Positions 40,311-51,099 of a DNA stretch of 64,000 nt are shown piece after piece. Source of the stretch: Cirrosporium novae-zelandiae (Eukaryota); assembly GCA_026023565.1 (NCBI GenBank), contig JAPETS010000023.1, positions 310,001 to 374,000 of the forward strand, written 5' to 3'. A program made the position numbers and the translations under genes. The stretch's first letter is position 1. The number at the start of each line of letters is the position of its first letter. The notes under the pieces are model-generated. The model saw nothing but the letters and a program-made list of their open reading frames with translations. It searched no databases and was not told where the DNA came from.

Positions 40311-41131
40311 TGGAACAAAAAGAACAAAATTAGTTGAGAGAGGTAAGCTAAACTCGTACCGCTAAACCAAAAGGGCCATAGTTACCCTCTAGATTGCGAG
40401 TAACATACTACTCGAGTATTAGAATTATATAAAAATATTTTTGTTACGGTTCCCTATTAGGTTAGACCATTAGGGCATAGACCCTAGGCTCACCTTATAA
40501 GGTGAGCCTCCACCCATCATTCAATCTACATATCACCAAATCAGAACCTTAGGCATTTCATGACCTGAGGCTCCCTGACAATTTTACAAAGAATTTTGGT
40601 GAGAACTCCACTAAAACTAAGGTCCCTTTTATTTTGCAACACCCAAAATATAAATAATTAAATAAATTATCATCAATAATAATAAACTTTATTATATTAC
40701 TAATAGTGGATTAGCGATCGAGGTTGCCTATATATACCCTCAGAATTAAAATGAATGGTCCCGTCAGAAGCATATGCAGTTTTATGCTGCACGAATAAAG
40801 CAACTCGACTCCACAGAAACCCATATACTCAGTAGAAGACCCCCGGACACAACATCTATCGATAGAATGGGCAAGGCCCAACCCCGAAAGTACATGGGCC
40901 AAGGAAGTATGCTAGGCCAAAAATGTGTCTGATAGGGTTCTGACTGAGGAAGAAATCAGTAATATCCAGATTCTAAAACCCAGATGGGTGTTGAGGTTAA
41001 GCATCTCTAGTGACTAACCTGAAGCAACAGCAAGGGCACTCAAGATAAACAATGCACGCTGAGACCCGATAGGCTCTTTTTAAGTAGCCCTAGTCTATCT
41101 ACCCCTCACCTCTCAACACCTGGCAGCCTCA

Positions 41132-43042
41132 TTAAATTCTCCTAAACGCGAGCATGAACAAGAGGTTTCTTGCACCATCTGACAGCTCTTCGAGAATTCT
41201 ATCATGTGTGGCTAACACGGCTTTACCGTATCGCCATATACTATTACTTTTCCAGTCCAGTGTATTGCTCCTGGCACGAATGCTGTCGAGATAATCTTTG
41301 GGGGTGCATCCCGAAAGGGACATGAATCCCTGAGCCTGAGTTAAGTAGAGTGGAGATCCACCAAGTTCCTTCGAAATCTCGCTAGCAATACTCCAGGTCG
41401 GATCGTCGACGTCAAGTTGGGATATGTGCATTTGTTGGAGAAGCAATTTGGATCCTGCCTGATCGTCGAGAGGCGCTAGGTCCAGTTCGTGATTAGCCCA
41501 AGGAGCAATCTTTTGAGCAGTGACTATGATAGCACTTGAATTGCGTGATCTTGTTGGCCAGTAACGGGCAATGCTCTTCCATTCAACAACATTATCAAAT
41601 ACTATCAACCAACGTCGCTCTGCAAAGTCAGCCGCTGATTTTGAATGGATATGGGGACGGTGCTATACCCTCGGTCTGAAGCCAGTCAAGTACAATCTCT
41701 ACCTGCGATTCCTGGATAACATCCGAATCGAACAGGCCCAATCGCCTACCAATATTACTGAAGGTCCTGAGGGTTTCGGTCTCCTGTTCGGGATCGGCGC
41801 TCACCCAGAATACAGCATCAAACTTTTCCCTATATGTGTACGTAAACTTAAGAGCCGTCGAGGTCTTTCCAATCCCACCGATACCATGTATAGTACAGGA
41901 GACTGGTCTAGGTTCAGTGTGCGACTCCACCAATAACCTGTATAGCGTATCAAGTTCGTCCTCCCGCCCAGTGAAGTCAGGGTTCTCTGCAATGTTGACA
42001 GAATGAATAGGAAATTTTGGGTCTTGAGGAGTATTTGACTTTTGGGAAACATGTGACTGATGAGCAAGGAGCAACAGCTGACTTTGGCTGTTCAACATTG
42101 TATCATCTGCTTGTCTGGCTCGAGCGCGTTCAGCGCTCTCCACAGCACGGTCAAATTCAGCCACATCATTCTTAAGTTTGTCTTTCAATCTCCTCAGGTT
42201 CTGTCTAAGGGAAGATGACACAATGTTGCGAACGAAAGCCCCTGTATGATATATGATTAGGATATAGCATTGTAACAAAGTTGAGAGGGTAATTAAGCGC
42301 ATACAGAGAGGGTGTTTAGCAAAGTGTCGAATGATTTCCAGGCAAAAGTCGATGTAATCTTCAAAAATACTCTGTAGACTGTACTGTAAAGCCGTACTTC
42401 TGGGATACATGCTCAAATCCTTCTGGAAATAGGGAAGAAGGCTTTGGAGTGCAGCTGCACTGTGAGATGATTTCTTCAATTGATTCGGAAAATATGCAGC
42501 TGCACTGTTTTGTATCTGGTAAGTTTTCGATGGTTTGATCGTTCTTTCTCAGAACTTACTTGGATCACGATGAAAAGAAGCCCTCATATTAGTGAAGAAG
42601 TTAGTTCAATCTGAGTAACAGAAGCGATTCCTTGGCTGAAGGAACGAATGTGATCAAGACTCGGGTATAAGTACTTTGAGATGAATGTCGAGACCTTTCT
42701 TTTCGCAAACTGTTCTGCAAGAGTTTGCATAGCATATTGGAAGGAGTTGAAGTCACTGTGACATATGGCCTCTTCGAGGGTGACGACGTGTATCGAAGAA
42801 GCGTCGCCATACTTTCGTTTTCGTTTCCGCTCCGGCAATTTCAAAAGGGTCGCCAGATCTTCCTTTGTTCTGTCCAAAGTAGCGACCCAGATACGAGACG
42901 ACTCCATCAATTGTGGTTCCTTGGTCTCTAACTCTGTGGCCTGTGGCATCATAACCTGTTGATTCTCAGCCTGTAACTCTATGGTCTGCGTAGCTGTTAT
43001 TACTCCTATCCGAGTTTGCGAGTCTCTACGGCTCAATCTCAA
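41132..43042 (-). pseudogene. NB-ARC (NLR-like STAND NTPase) pseudogene, C-terminally truncated; start uncertain
   Basis: NPDFTGREDEL, Walker A HGIGGIGKT, FDAVFWV, Walker B WLIVFDNV, IIVT, GGSPL (GxP); premature TGA at 42586-42584 in SSLI*GLLFIVIQ; ORF ends at FMLAFRRI* with no intact repeat domain. Confidence 0.85.
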
Positions 43043-43545
43043 TCTAAAGATGATAGCAATGTCACAGCCGAGAATAGCTAGTCGGCCCTGCTCGCCGCCT
43101 TTTAGTATGCTTCATGGGAAAAGGTCGTCCAAGGCGCCGAGGCAAGCATGCGCCCCGTCGCCTGGAAAGTTAGAGGGTTGAAGGAGCAGGTAAGCAGCAG
43201 GCAGAGTTAACATATCTAACCAATGGCCGTAGATTCCAGCCACCATGTTAATGATATACAAGAAAGGGAGAAATGACTTCGCTTGGCATTCGTATAACCT
43301 TTGCGAGTTCCCGCTTTGCGTACCGTCTGTGGAGGGGGAGAAGGGAAAGAGGGCGGCTGAAAGCAGAAAACAGGGGGATTCCATTGGCTCGAAGAAATGT
43401 CCAGCATCCAATCAAAAACAGACGACAGATCACAATCGACTGCATAGAGGCTTGAGTTCACATTCCTTTCGGATATTAATGGGCTGAATTCGAGTGTATC
43501 TAAAGCAGGGTTCGACAATGTACATAAAATATATCATAGTTATTA

Positions 43546-44360
43546 CTTTGGGCGGGTAGAAATGAAAGCGACCAGAGCTAAGCGGCTTTCCCCACCAATT
43601 TTAACCCGTTTGCTGGTTACTGTACGTTAAAAAACATCCCTAAACAACTATAAAAAATTATAATAATTTAGAAAATTCATATATTATATATATATAACTA
43701 CTATGAAAGAGTTGGCGTTTTTTCGCTGCCTGAGGTATCAGCCCTACGGTCTAGGGGTTTATCTTCTAGTGTCAAAGCTTTGATTTCTAATGCCTAAGGC
43801 TTCAGGCTCAGCCTATCCTTTTCAGGCTAGTCTGACCCTTGCAGGCTTATATATAGATTTCCTAGGTTTCTAGAACCGAAGGCAGAACAACTACAGAATA
43901 AAGCACCGAAGAATTCACCCAGATTAATCCGCAGACAATATAAACACTTCGTCCAATTCAATAATTTCTAGTTCCCCTGCCTAAAGCTCTTCAACCCTAG
44001 TTTCTATCCCCAACTGCCTATATAAACGCCCAACCATGAAACTCTTTTACACTACCAATAATAAAAAAATTTAATTTTTTAAAATTATAAAGATCTGCGT
44101 GCAATTGAAGCTACTTTAGATTTTCAACCGACGATAAATCGAAAATATCTAAAAATGCTGGTAGAAAAACCTAAAAGAGCTTTATTTTTTCATTTTTACC
44201 AGTTATATATATATATATATAATATCTAAATTTTCTAAAATATTATAACTTTTTATAGTTGTTTAGGGATGTTTTTTAACGTACAGTAACCAGCAAACGG
44301 GTTAAAATTGGTGGGGAAAGCCGCTTAGCTCTGGTCGCTTTCATTTCTACCCGCCCAAAG
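43546..44360. mobile_element. Non-autonomous TIR element (MITE-like), 815 bp, ~150-bp TIRs, TA target duplication
   Basis: CTTTGGGCGGGTAGAAATGAAAGCGACC... at 43546 is the reverse complement of ...GGTCGCTTTCATTTCTACCCGCCCAAAG ending 44360 (first ~110 bp identical); TA at 43544-45 and 44361-62. Confidence 0.92.
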
Positions 44361-45481
44361 TATAATATTAGAAGCATGGAATGGGTGTTAGTATAGAACA
44401 GGGTGTGTTTGGTGTTAGTGCCACTCAAAAACGCCTGAGGGTGGTTCGCATGTTTGAATGTGCATTCACGATAATTATTAGCAAATTGTCAAGGTTGGGG
44501 CTCTGATAGTGTAGGTAGCGATGCGGATAGGTAGTGTGTCCATATCGTAGTAATATTGAAATAATAGTATTCCTATATAATACAAGACTGAAAGCTGGCC
44601 TTTCCCAGTTTTCTTTCTATTTTTTTATATAAATTTTTCTGTTTGACGTTTTTTCGGTAATCTATCGGCGCCACGTAACGCTATTTCCCCGTTTTTATCC
44701 CGTTTTTAGTCCCTAAACGTAACGATTTTTTCTAATATTTTTTTTTTTTTTTTTTTTATAATATAATTTTTTTTATACGATTATTTTTAATCGTTATTTT
44801 TAATTTTTTAGCGTTAGTTCTTCGTTCCGTTAAATATAATTTTTTTTTTAAATCTAATAATATTATAATATACGTAAATTTCGTTTTTTATTCGTTATCG
44901 TTTTTTATCCGACGAAATTATTATTTTTTTTATTTTTTATTTTTTTTTTTTTTAATAGAAATTTTTTTTATTATCGTTTTATTTCGTTTTTTTAATATTT
45001 TTATTATTTATTTATTACGTTAATATTATTATTTTTATTTTTATTAATTATTTTATTTTTTTAAAATTATTATTTTTATTTTTTATTCGGATTAACGTTT
45101 TTTTTTGAATATAAATAATTATTATTTTTTTTATTTTATTTTTTTTTTATTTTATTTTTTTTTTATTTTTTTTTTTTTTTTTATTCTGATATTTCGTTTA
45201 AATTATCTATTTACGCAGACCGATATTATCGTTTTTATCCGTCCCAATAATATTAATACCGTTTTTCGTAAAGAATTTTTGGTTTTAATCCGTCGTTTCT
45301 ATCGTCGGATTATAATTATCCGTCGATTAAAATATATTATATTATTTAATTCCTACGCCCGTATTAATTAATTATTATTTAAAATTAATTAATTTATTCG
45401 ATAATTAAATTAAATATTTATAATTATTATATATATTTTTTTTATTTCCGTATATTTTTTTTTAATTAATTTTAAATAATA

Positions 45482-46325
45482 GAGAGGTCGGACGGGTCTA
45501 TGGACAGCCCTAGCTCTTGGACGCTCGTTTCCGTAAACCCCACCAAAAATGACATTATTTGAAATATTAATAATAAATTCAGTTTTAAGTAATTTTGATT
45601 AATTATTTTTTATATATTTTAATTTTTAATAGAAATGGTTATATATTAAGTTTTTAGTCTAAAAATACTATTCTATTGGTCAAATAAAACAAATACAATT
45701 AAATATAAATAGTTGCCATATAAATTATTAGTAAAATCAAAATATTAATATAATAAAATAATTTTTGCTATTTTTAATATTTTTAAAAAAATCTTTCACT
45801 TTTATAATCCATATATAATAGAAATTCTGGATTTTAATTTATTATTAATAAAAATTATTTTTGGTTTAGTTATTTAAGAATTTGTATTTTACCATACAAA
45901 ATTTTTATTAGAAAAAATTCAAATCTTTAATAACTATTTTTTTATTGAATATTTTGATTCGTAATTAAGAATATAAATTCTTTATAATATACTAATTATA
46001 AATGTGAAAACCTTTTTTTAAAATATTCAAAATAGCAAAAGTTATTATAACTATATCAAAAACTCGATTTTTACTAGTAATTTGTATGGCTACTACTTAC
46101 ACTACATAGAACTATATATTTATACCACCAATAAAATAAGATTTTTAAACTAAAGACTTAATATATGACCATTTCTATTAAAAATTAAAATATATAAAAA
46201 ATAATTAATTAAAATTACCTAAAACTGAATTTATTATTAATATTTCAAATAATATCATTTTTGGTGGGGTTTACGGAAACGAGCGTCCAAGAGCTAGGGC
46301 AGTCCATAGACCCGTCCGACCTCTC
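45482..46325. mobile_element. Foldback/MITE-like TIR element, 844 bp, TA target duplication
   Basis: GAGAGGTCGGACGGGTCTATGGAC... at 45482 mirrors ...GTCCATAGACCCGTCCGACCTCTC ending 46325; TA on both sides; inverted similarity continues inward. Confidence 0.92.
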
Positions 46326-47021
46326 TATAACGTAAATATCAATAATAATAAAAAAAATAATAATAACGATAATATAAATTATTTTTTTTATAATTTTTTT
46401 TTAACGATATTTCTACGGATATTAATATTAATATTAATTCGATTTCTAAAAATAATAAAAATTCTGGCGTTATTAAAAATATGATCAATATTTAAATTTT
46501 TATATAATTATTAATATTCGAGCGTTCTTTATTATAAATTATATACGTTTAAAATACGTTTTTTTTTTCGGTAAATATTCCGTAATTTTTAAAATCGTTA
46601 ATAAAATTTTTTTTTTTTTTTATTATTATTTTTTTAATTTTTTTTTATTTCGTTTTATTTTTTTTTAATAATATTTTCGTTTCTTTTTTTTTTTTTTTAT
46701 TTTTTATTATTTTTTTTTTTTTTTTTTAAAATATTTTTATATTTTTTTAATAATTCGCTAGATTTTCGATATTTTTTTATTAATTTTCCGCGTATAATTA
46801 ATTTTTTTATTTTATTAAATATTCGTTTTTTTTTTTTTTTTTTATATTCCAATATTTTTTCTATTATATATTCTAGTGTTTTTATTAATAATATTAATTC
46901 TAGAGATTTATAATCCGGATTTTTTTTATAAAATTCTAATAATAATACGTAGAATATCGGATATAATTTTTAATATTACTAGGATAATCGTAATTAATAC
47001 GCGTTTTATTCGTATATAATT

Positions 47022-47583
47022 GGAAAAACAGGGGGGCCAGTGGCCCAGTATAGCCGAAAGGGAAAAACTAGCATTCGTATTAGGGGACCGAAGGTTCTCT
47101 AAAGATTGGGTGCGTTTTTTGGGCAATACGGAGGTGGGGAAGCCCCAGTCCTGGGCCAGACACGAAACGGAAAATCGTGAGGCGTACCTGGATTGGGGGT
47201 GGGTAGAACCCGGACACGGGGGGGATGAGGACCCGGACGAAATAGGTGTTGGGTAAGAGCGGGGTCCGTAGTAGATACGCGGGGTGAGCGCATGCGAGAG
47301 CAAGGACTGAAAAAAAAATCGAAAATAGGTGCGAGTGGGCCTATTTATAGGCTACGAACACCGAAATAGCTCTAAAAGACTATCCGGTTAGATAAGTCAG
47401 GTGATTCTAGGAAACCCAAAGAGGGGGGGAAGCTATATAGCCGAACCAGGGGGGTGACCCCCACCACCTTAGCTAAAAGTAAGCCCGAAAGGGGATACGA
47501 AAGGGTCTAAAAACCCCCGAGTAGAGTCCGTCATAGCTTCTAAGCGGTATATGGACATAAAACAATGAATAATCATCATCATC
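47022..47583 (+). mobile_element. 5'-truncated LINE (Tad-like) 3' end with (CAT)n tail and 14-bp TSD, inserted in the Gypsy integrase C-terminal region
   Basis: TSD ATTCGTATATAATT at 47008-47021 and 47584-47597; ends AACAATGAATAATCATCATCATC; encodes ORF2 C-terminus (...FLGNTEVG...*, stop 47256); matches 57415-57970 (-) and 63575-64000 (+). Confidence 0.92.
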
Positions 47584-50249
47584 ATTCGTATATAATTTTT
47601 ACGATAAATAATTCTAGATATTTTACGTCTAATTTTTTATTTATTTATTTTATTTTTATATTTTTTATTATTAATAATATTTAATTTTTTATTTTATATT
47701 ATTTCGATATATAATAACGATCGTAATAAATTTTTTATTTTAAAACCGATTTTTTTTATATTTTTTATATTTTTTTTTATATTTTTTTTATATTTTTTAC
47801 GCGTATTTTTTTAATAAAATTTTCGTTTTTTTCTATTTTTTTTATATTTATTTTTAATTTTAATTTAAACGTATATATTATTTCGAATAATATTTTTTTC
47901 GTTTTTTAATATTTCGTATTATTATATATATATTTTACGTTTATTAATAATATTATTTAATTATTTTAATTATAATTATGATATATTTTTAAATATTTTT
48001 TTAATATTTAATTTTATTTTTCGGTTTAATTATTTGTTTATAAATAATAAACGATATTTAATTTTTTTTATATTATTAAATAATAATAAAATAATTCTTA
48101 ATAAATATTAATAAATAATAATTTTTTATCTAATATTATATTTTTAAATATTTTAAATTTTATTCCGATCGTTTTTTATATTAATTTTATTAAATTTTTT
48201 ATTTTCGTTTTTTTCGTATATAATATATATATAATTAATTTAAAATATTTATTTATTATTATTAAAATTATATTATATATATTATTATTTTATTTATTTA
48301 ATAATAAATTAATAATAAAATTTATTATTATTATTTTTATTAGATTTTAGAAATATTATAATAATATTAAAATTTTATAAAATCAATAATAATATATTTT
48401 TAATCGTTAATATATATTATATCGTTTTATATATTTTTTAATATTTTCGTTTATTTTTATTTATTAATATTTTTTATTTATTATTTTTTTCGTTTTTTTG
48501 TTCCTGAAATATTTTTTAAATTATAGGGAATTATAATTTATTTTTATTATTTTTTTTAACGCGGTATCGTTTAATACGTATACCGCTCTATTTTTCCGTA
48601 ATAAATCCGTATCGTTTTCGTTTTATTTTTTTTTATTTTTTTTTAATATATATTCTATATTAAAAATTTAATGCTTATATTTTCCGTAATAGATTTATTA
48701 ATATTTCTGGTATTTTTTTTTTTAATCTATTTTTTATTATTATTATTCTATATATTTTTCGTAATAATAAATAATTATATACGTATTATACGTTTTCCGT
48801 AATATATTCTAAAAAATTATTTATTTTATTATTTTTTTCTATTATTTTTAAAAATTTTTTTAATATTGAAAGGGTTTTTCCGGTAAATAATCCGTATTTT
48901 ATATAATTTAACGCCGTTATCGTAATTATTAATTAATTAAATATTTTAATTTTTTTTTTATATTATTTAAATTTATTTTATAACGTAAATAATAATTTAT
49001 TTCTCGTTTTTTTATTCCCGTTTTTTTTTATATAATTTAGTTTTTTTAATAATATATTTTATTGGATTAATTTTCCCTGTTCTATATATTATTTCGAAAT
49101 TATATTCCGTTAATTTTTTTATTTAATATATTTATTATTTATTTAATATTATTATTTTTATAAATAATTATAAATTTCTATAATTTATTAATATTTATAT
49201 TATATATTTATTTTTTTATAAATAATAATTTTATTTTTTAAATTTTTTTATAATTATAAATAATTCAAAATCGTATATTAAATATTTTTATTTTAATTTT
49301 ATTAATTTTTTTGATTAAAATATAATTAGATATTATATTTTATTTTATAATTATTTTATATATTCGTCGTTTAATTATAATAGAATTCCCGTAATTTTTT
49401 TTTATAATATATCCGTTTTTATTTTTATTATTTTCGTTAGATTAAAATAATATAATATAAATATTATCGTAAATATTTTTTTAAATATTTTAAATATTAT
49501 TTACGCGATTTCGGGTTATATAAATTTTTTTATTTTTTTATTATTTTTTATTTTTTTTAATAAATTTATAATAAAATTTATTATTTTTAAATAATTTTTT
49601 ATAAATTTTTTATAAAAATTAATAAATTTAATAAAAATTTAAATATCGTAATAATTTTTTAATTTCGATTATTTTAGAATTATTTTTATTTTTTTTTATA
49701 CGGATTTTTTACGTTCTGATTACGAAATTTAAAAATATTATTTTTAATTTATTAAATATATATTTTAATAATTTTATATATAATTTATATTTATATAATC
49801 GTTCTAATATTATTTATACGTATATCGTATATTCCGCGATATTAAATAAATAAATTAAAATATCGTTAAAATATATTATATAAATTATATTTAAAAAATC
49901 GGATAATATTTCGTTAATATATATTTAGAATATAATTAAAATATTTATTAATTCGAATAATATTATTATATATTCGAAATATCCGTATCGGATACGAAAA
50001 ATAATTTTTTATTCGTTTTTTTTTTATTCGGATTCGATAATAAATATTTTTTAAATTAAATTTTATAAAAATTTTCGTTTATTTTAATTTATTTAATATT
50101 TTTTTATTTTATTTTTATTAATTTTATTAATAATTTTTCGTTTTTTTTTATTTTTTATTATTTAACGAATTATTATAATATATAATTTTTTTCCATTTTT
50201 AAATTAATTAATATTTTCGTTTTTTTTTTTTTAATAATATTTATATTTT

Positions 50250-50360
50250 TATTTTAATTATTATTTTTTTATTTGTAAATATTTCGGTGATTATAAAAAT
50301 CTTATTTTAATTATTATTTTTTTATTTGTAAATATTTCGGTGATTATAAAAATCTTATTT
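50250..50360. repeat. 53-bp direct tandem duplication
   Basis: TATTTTAATTATTATTTTTTTATTTGTAAATATTTCGGTGATTATAAAAATCT occurs at 50250 and 50303. Confidence 0.85.
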
Positions 50361-51099
50361 TTTAAAATTATTTAATAAAATTATTTAATAAATTTATTAA
50401 ATTTTTTTAGATTATTTATTTTTTTTTTTATATTTTTTTTTGGTATTTAATATTATTTTAATAAATATCCCAGTTTTTTATAATTTTAATAAATAAACGT
50501 ATTTTTTCCGGTTTTCGGTTCTATAAAGGTTTTTTTTATAATTATTACCGTCGTTATTTATTTTTTTTATTATTTTTCGTTATTCTGTTTCGTTATTATT
50601 TCGTTATTTTTTTTTATTCCGATAATTATCCGTATTTTTTTTTCCGATATGAATCTATGTGTTTGTGAATTAACTTTCGAAAATAGATGGTTGTGCCGCT
50701 GTTTTTTAAAACTTTCCCATATATACAAATACCTTTTTAACTTAATTTATCGCCGTTTTAATTTTTTAATATATCTCTAATAACTTTTTTATATCGTATA
50801 TTTGAAACGGAATATTTTTACGAAAAAATAGATCTTTTATTTTTCAATTTTAATTCTATTAATTTACCAACCACGTTTTATATTATTTTTTATTTTGGTT
50901 ATAATATTTTTTCGTATTAATTTTTTAATATTAAATTCTTTATTTTTTTTTAATAATAATAAAATTTTATTTTTTTATTTTATATTTTATTTGGTAAATT
51001 CGAATATATTTTTCGTCGATTTATATTTCCGGAGTATTTCTAATATTTATTTATTATTTTCCGTATTTTTATTTTATAAAAATATATTTGTTTGATTTT

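Larger units (their letters stand above)
44600..50645 (-). mobile_element. RIP-degraded Ty3/Gypsy chromovirus LTR retrotransposon (3' part of pol), interrupted by later insertions; LTRs not identified
   Basis: Minus-strand translation: NLKNIYYRIRI..E*KIIFRIRYGYFEY..LFELIN and YFNDILIY (RT, ~50060-49850; = DLKDAYHRIRI..EWKTAFRTRYGHFEY..PFGLTN, YLDDILIY after reversing C>T/G>A); VYVLNDTALK..YNS..YF (integrase Zn finger, ~48600-48490); LYPIFYVLLLEFY and EYIIEKILEY..YLIK*K (chromodomain, ~46970-46740). Confidence 0.88.

Noticed and set aside
43495..43525. GGTTCGA T-loop-like motif
   Set aside because: No acceptor, D or anticodon stems; not a tRNA.
44385..44585. TGTTAG...TACA segment as the Gypsy 3' LTR
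   Set aside because: No adjacent polypurine tract, second copy or TSD visible in the window.
45105..51095. F/I/L/Y-rich ORFs at 45105-45371 and 50895-51095 that look like mitochondrial or membrane proteins
   Set aside because: Compositional artefacts of RIP; nearby motifs are transposon-derived, not NUMT.
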